NCBI GenBank assembly: GCA_951406725.2
Contig: OX597831.1
Location: forward strand, 66,154,001-66,218,000
DNA from: Octopus vulgaris
Taxonomy: Eukaryota
Direction: 5' to 3'
Length of the DNA stretch: 64,000 nucleotides
This document shows positions 37,801-51,596 of this stretch, in pieces. The stretch's first letter is position 1. Each line of letters opens with the position of its first letter. Below the pieces are notes generated by a model, which saw only the letters and a program-made list of their open reading frames with translations, ran no database searches and was not told the DNA's origin. Made by a program: the position numbers and the translations under genes.

Positions 37801-38895
37801 AGTGTACATAAAACAGTCAGGTTTGATTTGATAAAGATCTGGCTGTTATTTGTAGCAGATCAAGTGACCTTGTAGTGACTATCATACCATCTCATGGTTT
37901 ATTGGTATAGGTATGTGTAACAGCAAGGTAATAGCTTATATCCCAGGTGTGGCAGAGAATAAAATTTAACAATGAGTAATGCTAACCACATATAAAGTTA
38001 ATTCCTTCAATCTTCAAGTTGAAGAATAACCAACAGAGTGGTCACAGAAACTGTGGAGAAATGATGGATTTAGTGTGGAGAGGGAAATATGGAATGAGAA
38101 GAAAAATTAAGAGAAATTTGTGGAATATAAATGCTATCGATAGTGAAAAAGGTTTCAGGGAAGCTGAAGGTTATGTTAGAGATGTTCGCTGCTGGTGAAT
38201 AAGATTTAGCAGATGAGTTATTTTCTGGTAAATAAAGTTATTCTATGATTGGCCAATAGAATTGACAACAGAGTTATGAACCTTGATGTGTCTACAAACA
38301 GGTTAGTTTAATTGAAACCAATCCAAGTCTTGAAAGTCACATAGCTTAGGTGTGGGTAAAATTCCACCAGTGAATAAAGTGAATAAATTTAGGGTAAGAA
38401 TAAGCTCAGATAAGAAGAGCATGTAGGTACTAGCAATTGAAGAAGTATTGTGTGGGGGGATCATCATTGAAAGGAAAGCCAATATATTAAGTCCACTCCC
38501 CTAACCACAGAGCCATTGCGCCTCCTATATATATGGTGACTGCCCCCTCATTATCGAGTATGGCCATTGCGCGAAGCTTAATCAATGTTGTTATCATGCA
38601 ATGCCTGTGCAAGATTGTATTTAAAGTGAGGAAAGGCTGTGCACTGAGTCAATCCCACTCACTAAGCAACAGTAGCCATTATTCGAAAAGAAGAACAAGT
38701 CAACATCATCGGTAACCACTGAGCCGCAGGTTTTATGTCAGAGTTATCCCAGTTACCTGAGTTACCTTTTCCTAGAAGGATGCCCTAACAAAAGCTAGGA
38801 GTCCTTCACTCCCAATGGTTTAACCTTGTGATCGGGTATTCAGTCCGATTATTTCTATGTCCCCACGCATGATACAGCCTTAAGACATTTATTGT

Positions 38896-38937
<42 letters not shown>

Positions 38938-39875
38938 GATATTATTATTATTTGTTAATAAAGAACATCAATAAGTGGCCAGCAAGCATTAATGCCAAAA
39001 AGGTAAATTCATAAATTTATAATTAATTATTAATTATAATTGAGGTTACATGATGTACCAGCGTTGCTAGAAATAGGAATCGAAAAATATTCAAATAAGC
39101 CATTATTTCCCTGAAAATTCAACAGGTTGATGAAAATCGAGGAACGGGCAAAATTTAACTTACCATTGTGGCTGAAAGTCACAAATGAGTATCACAGAAA
39201 TACCTATATCACGTGATTTAAAACTTTGGGATATTTCTCTTAGTTCTCATCAGTAAGTCTTGCTGTTGACAAGGGTTAAATTTATACTCGCTTTGTCATG
39301 CCTGTCAAAATTATTGAAAGACCAGCATCAAATTCAAACAATATCAGTGTATAATTATGCTTAAATAAAGATATTATTATTCTTATTAATAAATAATAAC
39401 CACAATAATATAAGTGGCCAGCAAGCATTAATGCCAAAAAGGCAAATTCATAAATTTGTAATTAATTATTAATTATAAATTTATGAATTTGCCTTTTTGG
39501 CATTAATGCTTGCTGGCCACTTATATTATTGTGGTTATTATTTTTTAATAGTAATAATATCTTTATTTATTTATGTATAACTATATACTGATATCCTTTG
39601 AATTTGGTGCTGGTCTTTCAAAGATTTTGGACGGGGATAATGAAGCAAGCATAAATTTAACCCTTGGCAACAGTGTGACTTACAGATGAGAACTAAGAAC
39701 AATATCTCAAGTATATCTGTGATCCTCATTTGTGATTTTCAGTTGCAATGGTAAGGTAAATTTTGCTTGTTCCTTGATTTTCATCAGCCTGTTGAATTTT
39801 CAGGGAAATAGTAGCCTGAGTTTTTTTTTACTCGTATTTCTAGCAACTCTAGTACTTTGTGTACCCTCAGTTATA
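38938..39875. mobile_element. Fold-back Penelope-like element in (TA)n: ~840-bp palindrome plus a partial direct repeat, with a degenerate hammerhead at 39202-39258 (-)
   Basis: Arms ~39035-39466 / 39468-39875, centred on 39467. 38938-39040 repeats 39369-39478. Minus-strand ACUUA-CUGAUGA-GAACU...AGUUU-uAAA-UCACGUGA-UA-UAGGU. Confidence 0.65.
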
Positions 39876-39889
39876 TATATATATATTAT

Positions 39890-40097
39890 CTCTCCTTCTC
39901 CTTAGCTCTCCTGTGTGACCCTTCTGTTTGGCATTGGCCATGATAAATCGCTAGCCACTACACAATCTTTATTTTCTCTCCTTGTTTCTTTCTGTGTTCC
40001 TTTCTGTGAAAAAGTGTAGGCTTGAAACGTTAAAGATTTTTTCGTTTCCCAAGCATTACACCTGTCTTTGTCTTTTGTTTTTTTGTGAATTCTCCCT
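39890..40097 (+). mobile_element. Penelope-like terminal repeat fragment (same family as 46885-47070) with a degenerate hammerhead
   Basis: CTTTCTGTGAAAAAGTGTAGGCTTGAAACGTTAAAG and its flanks match the reverse complement of 46885-47070. Confidence 0.6.
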
Positions 40098-40336
40098 ATA
40101 TATGTATGTATGTGTGTGTATATGTTTGTGTGTCTGTGCTTGTCCCCCCCAACATCGCTTGACAACCAATGCTGGTGTGTTTATGTCCTCGTAACTTAGA
40201 AGTTTGGCTAAAGAGACCAATAGAATAAGTATTTGGCTTCCAAAGAATAAGTTCTGGGGTTGATTTGCTTGACTAAAGGTGGTGCTCCTGCATGGCTGCA
40301 GTCAAATGACTGAAACAAGTAAAAGAGTAAAAGAGT
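40098..40336 (+). mobile_element. SINE family A (3' half)
   Basis: Matches the tail. Confidence 0.85.
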
Positions 40337-40439
40337 ATAGTTTCCACTCTGTCCATTTGGTATACCACCATTGTCCTTCTTTCTAAACACATGTCCTGCA
40401 AAAGACCATTTCAGAGTTTTTATTTTCCAGACAATATGT

Positions 40440-41190
40440 TTAAACTGTTGCCCTTCTTAACCTGTTGTTCCCCCCCCCCCATCCATTTTGTTAAATCTTG
40501 AGCATTTTCCTTTCCATGATTTTTTGTGTTGCTCTTAATTTATTTTCATCGCTCTTGGTAGTTCATATTTCTGATGTCTATGTAATGGTAGGCACCACAC
40601 AATGGTTGAAGACCTTTTTCTTTTAGATACATCGAACCAAATTACCGCTCATGATGTGGTTCAATTTCAATTCCCATCCCGAGTGTATTGATTGTTCAAT
40701 TTCTTTGGTCTGATTTTTATCCTTTAAACATATTATTTGTCCAAGACAGGTGTATTGGTGTACATGTTCAACTATTTCATCCTTTATTACTACATTTTCA
40801 GCTGTGGTTAGATTGTTGGAAAGTACCTTCCTTTTATTAATACCTATTCTGAGTCCACATTTTTTGTCTTCTTTTAGTTCTCTGAGGATTCCTGTTGATT
40901 TTTTTAATGCTTCTTGAAATGAATACAATACCATCAGCAAATTTGAGATGATTTAGCATTATATTTATTCCTTTATCTGACCAATATAAGATTTTAAAAA
41001 TCTTTTCTAATACAGGTGGGAATAATTTTGGTGATATAGTGTCTCCTTGTGTGACTCCTTTACCAATTTTGATACCAATTGCTTTGTTGTAGTTCTACAG
41101 TTGGTGTACACATTCCCTATTAACTTGAAATAATTTCCTTCAATTCCCTTTTCCACCAGTGCTCTTTGCATATCATCAATTTCCACAGAA
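40440..41190 (-). mobile_element. Degenerate RTE-clade reverse transcriptase fragment
   Basis: Minus-strand GVTQGDTISPKLF, NHLKFADG, GLRIGINK and VEHVHQYTCLGQII. Confidence 0.8.
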
Positions 41191-42470
41191 TATTAGTATC
41201 AATATATGCAATATTCTCATCAATTTCAAGGTGTTTGTAGTGCTCATCACTAGCAGTCAAGAAAATAGAAAGCTACTGGTATCCATCCTCCTTACCTGAT
41301 TGACAATTTTTCCTTGTTTGACTACCATATATGAATGCTTATCCTGACCAAACTCCATTCCTTTGTCCCCTGAAAAAGTTGTACTTAGTTTTAATTGTGG
41401 TATATATTGCTCAAGTGCAGCTTAAGGTGTGGGTGACATAATTTTTTTCTTTTGCCAGTAGATACTACTGTGTAGCCTTTGTATTTCCTTAACAGGCTGA
41501 CAAAAAGTTCATTGCTAGGACAAAGAGCATTGAAGATAAGCTGTCACCCATAAATATCCTTTTTGATAGCCTAATTCTGTTAGTGACTATAACTGTAGCC
41601 CCAGTTCTTATCAATAGCTCTGTAGACCATATTGTTGTCAGTCTCATACAGTAACTGAAACATTAGCAGAGCATAGGGACTCTGCTATCATCCATGAATG
41701 AAGAATTAAATCAAATGCCTTCTTATAGCCTAACCATACAGCCAGCAGGTTTTGGTAAAGCTGCTTAAGCTCCTTAAAACCAGTTCTCTTGATGAAAAAC
41801 TGTTTGGTACTGCCCCAGATCCCTTTCTTACCTCCTGCCTGCTTTTCAGTCACCACAGTATACGTTTCATAGTGACCTCGGGGGAGCATATTCGAGCAAC
41901 CTGTATAATTTATACATCATATTCAAACATTCTTTAGGCCTGAAGTCTTTGGCAACACATGTCTGTACAGCTGTCTGGCAACATATGTATGTACAGCTGT
42001 CTGACACACCAATCTCAGCATTCAATGGGTTTTTTTAAGGTTAATGAAGGCTGCCCTGTAAAACATGAACTTTCTAAACCAATAACCGACTATCAGGTTT
42101 CTCCAAGGTGAATCTTTGTTCAGTAGTTCTGCAACAACCATCAAGAGAGCTTCACTGTTTATATAATATGTTTTAGGAGAGACATCTGCACATAACTCTT
42201 TTAACCACTTCCTGTCAGAGTTGTGCTGGTTGTTTACATTTCTGATTTTTCCCCCCTGTATTACTCTAAATCATTATGGAGAGAAGCTTTTATTACTTGG
42301 ATGACTTGGCTATGATACACTGCATGAAGGTTTAGTGCAAACTTGCAACTAATGTGCTTGCATTCTGGTAATATTTTCTGGTAATGAAGTTTTCCATTTA
42401 CTACTCACAATTTGTATTTAAGGGTAATTACTGCACCTGCCAGTGTCTCTTGTAGTTCCAACTGACCTTA
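41190..42470 (-). mobile_element. Degenerate R4/Dong-like reverse transcriptase fragment
   Basis: Minus-strand EKQAGGKKGIWGSTKQ, WLGYKKAFDLILHSW and IFMGDSLSSMLF. Confidence 0.7.
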
Positions 42471-42488
42471 TATAATCTTTCATAAAGT

Positions 42489-42763
42489 CACACTGGCTTC
42501 TGTGCCAGTGGCACGTAAAAAGCACCAACCGACCGTGGCAGCTGCCAGCCTCCCCTGGCACCTGTGCCAGTGGCATGTAAAGCACCCACTACACTCACGG
42601 TGTAGTTGGCATTAGGAAGGGCATCCAGCTGTAGAAACACTGCCAGATCAGACTGGAGCCTGGTGCAGCCCCCTGGCTTCCCAGACCCCGGTCGAACCGT
42701 CCAACCCATGCTAGCATGGAAAACGGACATTAAACGATGACGACGACGATGATGATGATGATG
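42489..42763 (+). mobile_element. Family C repeat
   Basis: Core plus (GAT)n tail. Confidence 0.85.
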
Positions 42764-43306
42764 ACAGCTGCTGGAGCGGGAATCTATTATTCATTTTGCA
42801 TTTAATGATAGAGTCTAAATGTCCAATATTTTTTCAAAGTTCGTTGATATTTGTCTGGAGAGAGGTTATTCATTTTTGTTATTTTGTTATTTTCTTGTTA
42901 CCATAGATTTCAGTTACTCCCATCTACAAGTGGATGATAGTCACAACACAAGTATAGTAGAGCATGTGTGTGTGTGCATGTAGTACATGAATTCATGCGT
43001 ACAAAGAAAGGTGTACTAAATGCCATATAAGAGAATTACCTTTGCTTTGAGAGAAACGTAAATAAACACCTAGCAGCAATTGCAACTATCTAAGAATGAG
43101 GAGGGGAGATAATCTCAAGCAATTAGAAAAATTTTTCTGGAAATAACTTGCCATTTATGGAAAAGCAGAGTTTGTTTTTTTTCTGGAGACACATACATAC
43201 ACACTCACAAAGACACACACACACACATGGAGGACTTTTACATGGAATTATATAAATGGCTAGATTTTAAAGGATTGTTATGAGAAGTTGTTCAATAATG
43301 AGTATT

Positions 43307-43948
43307 GTCGTGGAACTCTGTTGGTTATGGCACTGAGGGTTCCAGATGACCCGATCAACAGAGCAGCCTGCTCGTGAAATTAACGTGCAAGTGGCTGAGT
43401 ACTCCACAGACAATTGCACCCTTAACATAGTTCTCGGGGAGATTCAGTGTGACACAGAGTGTGACAAGGCTGGCCCCTTTGAAACACAGGTACAACAAAA
43501 ACAGGAAGAAAGAGTGAGAAGACCAGCAGTCGCCCACACATACCAGCCTCCCCTCTCCACACCACCGATGTTATCCAAGGGAAAGGCAAAGGGGCCGATA
43601 CAGCTTGGCACCATTGACGTCACAGCTCATTTATTAATGTGCAAGTGGCTGAGCACTCCACAGACACGTGTACCCTTAACGTAGTTCTCGGGGAGATTCA
43701 GCGTGACACAGAGTGTGACAAGGCCAGCCCTTTGAAATACAAGTACAACAGAAACAGGAAGAAAGAGTGAGAGGAGAAAGTTGTGGTGAAAGAGTACAAC
43801 AGGGGTCACCATCACCCCCTGCCAGAGCCTCATGGAGCTTTAGGTGTTTTTGCTCAATAAACACTCACAATGCCCGGTCTGGGAATCGAAACAGCGATCC
43901 TATGACCACAAGCCTGCTGCCCTAACCACTAGGCCATTGCATCTCCAC
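43307..43948 (-). mobile_element. tRNA-derived SINE, family D, with internal duplication
   Basis: Minus-strand head GTGGAGATGCAATGGCCTAGTGGTTAGGG...GTTTCGATTCCCAGACC (A/B boxes). 43378-43520 is repeated at 43632-43772. Confidence 0.75.
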
Positions 43949-44445
43949 CATAATAATGAATATACATAGGTGACAAAAGCGAAGTGTATCTAAGAGAAAC
44001 TAGCCATTAAAATTGATAGCAGTACAATTGCAAGCATAATTAAGGATATAAAGGCAAGAAAAACAGTGGGAGAATTAGGGATAGTTCCTGGTTATTCCCA
44101 AGATGCTGGCTAATGAGAATCCCAAGATATTTGTAATGTGAATTGCAAACATCTTAAACATTTGTTCATCACACACACACATTGTTTACATTTCATGGGT
44201 TTCATAGGAAAAAGTTATATATTAATTAAAATTTAATGTTATTCCTAATTTGATATTAGAAGTAATTTATTCACTTCACAATGTGTTAAGTTTCTAAGCA
44301 AACTAAATGATGACTCCTTGTTTTCAAGTCTGCATTGTCACCAGAGAGGTTTGGTTAACTCCCTGGAGGAGAATTTACCATTATTCTTATTAGTTTTATC
44401 ATTAGTTTTAAATGTAATTCTCTGTTGCATCTCTGGATTCTTTTC

Positions 44446-44800
44446 ATCATCATCATCATCGTTTAACGTCCGTTTTCCGTGCTAGCATGGGTTGGATGGT
44501 TCGACCAGGGTCTGGGGAGCCAAGGGGCTGCACCAGGCTCCAGTCTGATCTGGCAGTGTTTCTACAGCTGGATGCCCTTCCTAATGCCAACTACTCCATG
44601 AGTGTAGTGGGTGCTTTTTATGTGCCATCGGCACAGAAGCCAGTCAAGGCAGCGCTGGCATCGGCCATGTTCAAATGGTGCTTTTTACGTGCCACCGGCA
44701 CTAGGTATCACAACTACAATTTCCATTTGATATTTATTTTGATGTTGATGTACTTGACTCAATAGGTCTCCCCAAGCACAGCAGGTCATGTGTCACCGGC
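44446..44800 (-). mobile_element. Family C repeat
   Basis: Core plus tail. Confidence 0.85.
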
Positions 44801-44856
44801 ACGTACCATATATATATAACACTTCTTAACCCCTTTATGATCATATTTTTAGTGAT

Positions 44857-45276
44857 ACTCTTTACGCTTTTACTTGTTTCAGTCATCTGACTGTGGCCAT
44901 GCTGGAGCACCACCTTTAATCGAGCAACTCGACCCCGGGACTTATTCTCTTGTAAGCCCAGTACTTATTCTATCGGTCTCTTTTGCCGAACCGCAAAGTA
45001 ACGGAGACATAAACACACCAGCATCGGTTGTCAAGCAATGCTAGGGGGACAAACACAGACACACAAACACACACACGCATATATATATATATAAATATAT
45101 ATATACATATATACGACGGGCTTCTTTCAGTTTCCGTCTACCAAATCCACTCACAAGGCTTTGGTCGGCCCGAGGCTATAGTAGAAGACACTTGCCCAAG
45201 GTGCCACGCAGTGGGACTAAACCCGGGACCATGTGGTTGGTAAACAAGCTACTTACCACACAGCCACACAGCCACT
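44857..45276 (-). mobile_element. SINE family A inserted in a degenerate piggyBac-like MITE (~44830-45465)
   Basis: Full-length reverse copy. The flanks TTAACCCCTTT... and ...GGTAACAAATAGGTTAA resemble the MITE ends. Confidence 0.85.
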
Positions 45277-46030
45277 CTGTTCATAAAGTACAATTAATTT
45301 GAAAATAAACCAATTTCAGGAAAGATTTAGTAAAAAAAATTTTTCATTAAGCTGGTACTTGGAACATAACAAAAGATTCTTACATAAATTTTTTGATTTC
45401 AACTCAAGTACATTAAAATAACAGCTTCCATGTGATGGAAGGCGGAATTGGTAACAAATAGGTTAAGTAGCTAAGTAGTCTAATTCTTTTGTTCTTTGAA
45501 TATTTTTCAGATTCTTCTACAGTTTGCCATGATCTTTGAGTGGATTCTATAGAAAGTTTTGCAGTTTTAGGTTTTGCTGAGTTTAGCAATGTCTAGATTT
45601 TTGTTAATTCTGTTAACTTTGAAGTTCCTAGTGCTAAAGGTTTTGTTGACTGAGAATTAATATTATAAAAGATGTTTTGCAAACAACTTGCACATGCGAG
45701 TGCTACCAGTCGAAAGCTCCACATACTGGAAGCCAGCAAGTGTATGGGGTCATCAGGAGAGAATGCATGCTGTTTCTGGGCCTGCCTCTGAACCGCATCA
45801 TTGCACACCAGACCCCTTGCTGATATGGGGCCCTGCCTGCTAGATCAACTGGTTATCAAATAAAGTTCAATATCCTTCTAGCCATCGCTTATCATCTCTT
45901 TTTAACCAATTAGAAGAAGACAGATAATACTATCTGTGACCAGCATTTATAATATTTTAGAGAATGAATATTTATCAACTAGTTCAAGTGTAAGGGCTTG
46001 CTTTTAATATGTTACGAAATATTTATATTT

Positions 46031-46345
46031 ATCATCATCATCATCGTTTGACCGTGGTCGAGACAATGGAATTTACTATGTTACGCCAGACTTCACGGTC
46101 CATCATAGCATTACAGAGGTCCTGTTGCTGGATGCCTGTATCCCTGGAGATTACATCAGGGTAGGAGAGTGTGTGCCCTCTAGTAGTAGGAGAGGGTAGG
46201 AGAGTATGCGCCCTCTTCTCCTCTTCCAGAGGAGAAGAGTAGAAATTGCCTCGTTTTCAGCTCTACAACAATGTCCAGCAAACTGGATTCTCCTACCTTT
46301 CATAAGAGATGATACAGGTGGTAGTTTCCCATATATTTGTACTCT
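46031..46345 (-). mobile_element. RTE/RTEX-like LINE 3' fragment, second copy
   Basis: Near-identical to 35221-35505. Confidence 0.85.
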
Positions 46346-46884
46346 TATATTTATAACACCTGTAATGTTAGACTAGGTGAACAGTATCTAAAGTATGTTG
46401 CATTTGTATCTATATGGAATGATCAAATATGGGAGATTGAATCATTAATGGAAATGAACGCTGATTTTGCAATAATTTAATATAGCTAAGTCTCAGCATC
46501 TTTGATGAGATTTTAAGATATAAAATTTGAAGTGAATTTGTTCTTTCTTGAATAGAGAGGATGTCACATTGCAAGACTATTTCTTTATGTGTCGTGGTGT
46601 TGTTGAAGGAGACTATATTGTTCTTGTTCTCATTAGAGAACATTTTCAAGGATTTTGTTTATGAAAGCTGGCTGTACAAGTCTGGTATGTGTGCTAAGGT
46701 TGTGTGTGAAGGTCTACAAAGAATAAGTTATGATATCACAACATAGGAGTACATGTGGTTAGAAATAACAGTGAGTAGGTTGTTAATGTAGAGGAGAAGA
46801 ACGTAGGAAGCATTTCAAGAGACAACTCTCTAAAAACCCTCAAAAGTTGAAAAAATGGGTAAAAAGCTGCTTAGCTCCAAATTA

Positions 46885-47070
46885 AGGGAGAGTTTATGAA
46901 AAAAACAAAAGATGAAGACAGGTGGTGTACAAAACAAACAGATGTATTAGTATAATGCTCAGGAATAGAAAAAGTCTTTTACGTTTCGAGCCTACGCTCT
47001 TCTACAGAAAGGGACACAGAAAAAACAAGGAGAGAAAAAAATGTGTGTAGGGGCTAATGATCAATCATGT
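46885..47070 (-). mobile_element. Penelope-like terminal repeat fragment
   Basis: Contains a minimal hammerhead motif. Second copy at 39890. Confidence 0.6.
46976..47011 (-). ncRNA. Minimal type I hammerhead-like motif (U6 variant)
   Basis: CUUU-CUGUAGA-A-GAGC guag GCUC-GAAA-CG-UA-AAAG. Confidence 0.55.
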
Positions 47071-47587
47071 GATTAAGCAGAGTGATCTAAAATTACCAGC
47101 CCTGACCATGGTATCTTCTTGTGTGTCTAAGATTACTACAGAGCAGACATTTCTCCTCAATGCTGACATTTTAGTAGCAAGCAGTCAGTAGTAGCGAACA
47201 CCTATGAAGAATGTAACTGGTAAAAACAGATTGTTGCATTCCTTTGAAACGTCATTTAAAACTTTTCATGGGTGATTTGAAATGATTGACTCTTCTCAAT
47301 TTGTAATATTTTCAAGAGGGAAATTAACATGTCACAAGAATCTGATGCAAGTAAATGTAAAAGCTTAAGCAGAATTTCCGTTTTCATATGTTTAAACTCA
47401 TATGCTCTGTCCAATCATTTCTCCTTAGCAGCCAGTCAGTAACAGTATATAGATTTCCTGAGCACATGGAATGCTGCTGATAAATATAGATTAGGTCACT
47501 CACCTTTTCAAAAGTTGTAGAAATTACACAATTGCTCGCATTTTGTTTGTAAATATCTATTCTCTCTCACTTTGGTCAAAATCATTT

Positions 47588-47981
47588 AGGAGTGGCTGTG
47601 TGGTAAGTAGCTTACTTACCAATCGCATGGTTCGGGGTTCAGTCCCACTACGTGGCACCTTGGACAAGTGTCTTCTACTATAGCCTCAGGCTGACCAAAG
47701 CCTTGTGAGTGGATTTGGTAGACGGAAATTGAAAGAAGCCCGTCGCATATATGTATGTATATATGTGTGTGTGCGTGTGTGTTTGCGTGTCTGTTTTGTC
47801 CCCCCAACATTGCTTGACAACCGATGCTGGTGTGTTTACGTCCCCGTAACTTAGCAGTTTGGCAAAAGAGACCGATAGAATAAGTACTAGGCTTACAAAG
47901 AATAAGTGCTGGGGTCGATTTGCTCGACTAAAGGTGGTGCTCCAGCATGGCCACAGTCAAATGACTGAAACAAGTAAAAGA
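47588..47981 (+). mobile_element. SINE family A
   Basis: Full-length match. Confidence 0.9.
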
Positions 47982-48307
47982 GAACCTAAATCCCACCCTT
48001 TTTCTCTTATTTTTGAAAACTACATTCTTTTCTTTCTATCTTCAGTTAGTAACAGACAACATGCATGCAGTTGAATTATTTTCTTTGATGTAGTCAGAAC
48101 AAAGTTGACAGATCTTAACATTATCAAAATCTCTCAGAACACACTGTAAACTGTTAAACAAAAACTTCATTTCTTTCAGTTTTCTAAAATAGTTTTTGGA
48201 ACAACTACAGAATAAATACTTTTGAAAGAAGTAAAAATGATTATTTTAAAAATAAATTTAGAATATATGATTATAAATTTTTAACTTGCTTATTATAAAT
48301 ATATTAA

Positions 48308-48571
48308 ACTGGCTTCTGTGCCGGTGGCACGTTAAAAGCACCAACCGATCGCGTCCGCTGCCAGACTCCCCTGGCACCTGTGCCGGTGGCATGTAAAAAT
48401 CACCCACTACACTCACGGAGTGGTTGGCGTTAGGAAGGGCATCCAGCCGTAGAAACACTGCCAGATCAGACTGGAGCCTGGTGCAGCCTCCTGGCTTCCC
48501 AGACCCCAGTCGAACCATCCAACCCATGCTAGCACGGCAAATGGACGTTAAACGAGGATGATGATGATGAT
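48308..48571 (+). mobile_element. Family C repeat
   Basis: Core plus tail. Confidence 0.85.
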
Positions 48572-49005
48572 TTGAGATAGAAAAGAGTATCAATCCCTTA
48601 AAGGGGCCTGTTTGATATTTCTCTCACTGCTCTTGCTATTGAGAATATTAAACACCACCTATGACTCACTTTTTTTCTGGTATTTTTAAACTGTTTTACT
48701 TTTAAGACACCTTACTATGTTGGACATAAGTGTATACATTGTATCTTTATGTATGAAACCTATTCTGGTACACAACATGTGACTTTCTACACTGTACTGG
48801 AAACAACCAGAAGTGTCTCATGTCTAATAGTTAAGGCATACAGTTGCATATCACTTAATTTTTAGAAATGATTAAAGGAATTTCATCTAGAGAGATTTAC
48901 AACATTTTTGAAGATTTTTAAAACCTTCTCATCAGTTTTGCCAAGTGAGTAAAATTAGTTGTTGTATAATATTGTTCAGTTATATTATTTATATTTTTTA
49001 TATAT

Positions 49006-49410
49006 CTTGTGCCTGTGCTAGTTGGGTACCAAGAGCACAATCTGAGCATGATCGTTGCCAGAGCAGCCAACTGGCTTCCATGCCAGTGGCACATAAAAGG
49101 GTACCATTTGAGCATGATTGTTACCAACATCGACTTACTGGCACCTGTGTTGGTGGCATGGGTAAAAAGATTCAAGTGAGGTCGTTGCCAGTACTGCCTG
49201 ACTGGCCCCTGTGCCGGTGGCTTGTAAAAAGCACCCACTACACTCTCGGAGTGGTTGGCATTAGGAAGGGCATCCAGCTGTAGAAACTCTGCCAAATCGA
49301 GATTGGAGCCTAGTGCAGCCATCTGGTTCGCTAGACCTCAGTCAAAATCGTCCAACCCATGCTAGCATGGCAAATGGACGTTAAACGATGATGATGATGA
49401 TGATGATGAT
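49006..49410 (+). mobile_element. Family C repeat (long variant, like 3595-4130)
   Basis: Core, tail and upstream GTGCC.GTGGCAC subrepeats. Confidence 0.8.
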
Positions 49411-50089
49411 GTTTTGTTACTGTTGTTAGATTGTTGTTAAAGTCTATGTTATTACTAGAGAAACAAAATTTATTCTATTGCCTGAAATATTAATAGGAAG
49501 TATGTTGTTAAATTCAATTTAACAAGATTTTATTAGGAATGGTACCAGATTTATTGACGTTTGAGATGTATATTATCAGAGAGTATATTAATTTACTTGT
49601 CAGGAAGTTTAAATGAGATTTCAGTAGTAAGCTGTCAGAAGTGGAATTTTAAATTTAAGAATGAATCTTTACTTGCATCAGGTCTCTTTCACTATTCGAG
49701 AATATTCCTTAGTGCAAGCATTTTTTTTTCTGCTCATTTCTAGAGTGTTTTAAATGTGTAGTTAGAAAATATAATCAACTCAGCACCATATTGGTTCACA
49801 CGCTCTCAAGTTATGCATTTAACCAACCTGTTAATTTATATCATACAAAGCAAGAGGTCTAGAGGATTAAAAATCATAGTGCAACCATAGAGCTAAAAAG
49901 GATATGCTAGAGAAAGAGCTAGGAAACACCCTCTTTCACTCTGCAATAAACTGAAGCATTGCGGCAACAATACAACTGATCCACATCAGAGCATACAGCA
50001 TTATTAAGTAAAGGTTGAGTTCTTTGTTATTTGAATTAGGGCAAAATTCACTCAACAAACTTTCTGTGCCTTGGATGATGCAGTCAGGC

Positions 50090-50312
50090 CTGGCAGAAAC
50101 GTTAGCACACCAAGCGAAATGCTTTGTGGTATTTCGTCCGCCACTGTGTTCTGAGTTCGAATTCTGTCGAGGTTGACTTTGACTTTCATCCTTTCAGGGT
50201 TGACAAATTAAGTACCAGTTACGCACTGGGGTCGATGTAATCGACTTAATCCGTTTGTCTGTCCTTGTTTGTTCTCTCTGTGTTTAGCCCCTTGTGGCTA
50301 GTAAAGAAATAG
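50090..50312 (+). mobile_element. SINE family B (monomer)
   Basis: Matches family B. Confidence 0.85.
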
Positions 50313-51596
50313 GTATAGGAATAAATGTTCATGTAAACATGTATTCCTACAGCCACATTCTGTTCCTTAATAGCAATATGATTTGTATAGCCTGCATTGT
50401 CAGCGTATCCTTATGTACAGGGAAGGGGATATGTGTTTTTATGTGTGGTAAGGAACATATATATACCAATGATATATAATGGACATATAATGTATCATCG
50501 GTGTATATTTAAATATGTATGTATGTAGTATGTTTGTATACAATCATATATGTATGAGTGGTTAGGAAGTTTGCTTTACAGCCATGAAGTTCCACAGACA
50601 ATACAACTGTATTGCACCTTAAGCAAGTACCTTTACTATGACTTTGGATCAAAGCAAATCTTGTGAGTGAGTTTAAGTAGAAAGAAACTGCATAGAAGCC
50701 CATTAAGTCTAGCTGATTCTATTATTAATATATTCATGAAGACAAGAGTGGTATATCCATTTGAGAAAAGTTTTAGTGTGCCAATAGGATGTTGATGGAC
50801 CACAATTTGGTTATATCAGACATTGGAGGATTTGAACTTACTTTTGATATTGGATTACTTACTCCATTCCCTATCACTCATGCCCTCAGTTTACTCAGAT
50901 AAATAAATTACAATCATTAACTCACTTATTGACTTACTATTGTGAACTTATTTCATTATCATAAACACTATGTGACAATAAAGATTTTGCAACTCTAATA
51001 ACCAGAAGATTTGCAATTGAGTTAATACTGTGGTGATGTAGTCTAATAAACATTTCATTCTTTGTAATACTCTGCCTTTAGATGACATTAACCCAAAATT
51101 CTTTGCATTATGTGGTGCCAGTGCAATCATATAAATGAATGATATCCTCTTCTCTATAATTCAAGTTTCTTCATTTGATGATTTAGTGTGCTGTTGAAAA
51201 AATAAGTACACCTAAAAAAATACTATCATCTCAGGTTAAAATTTTTAAATCTAAAGCAAAAATAAGGAAAACTAGCATATGGTTTCCTTTATAATACCCA
51301 ATACACACACTTCTTTACATAAATTTTCTACAGTCAAAGGTGACCCAGACACAGAATATTTAAAACTGATTTTTATTGATAGAATCAATTGTGCACAGAC
51401 AAAAATAAAGATTCTTGATTGTCCATCTGAGCGTCCATTTCTGAATTGGTTAGACTTGCGATGGTACGACCAGAGGAAGCATTTTCTCTTTGATCAAGTT
51501 CAGCCAATTTCTAATACTAAAGCATCTTATGCTACTAACAGTGTTAAAGAAAGTTTAGTAAAGTACTAGTATTAAAGAAAGTTTAATAAAGAACAA

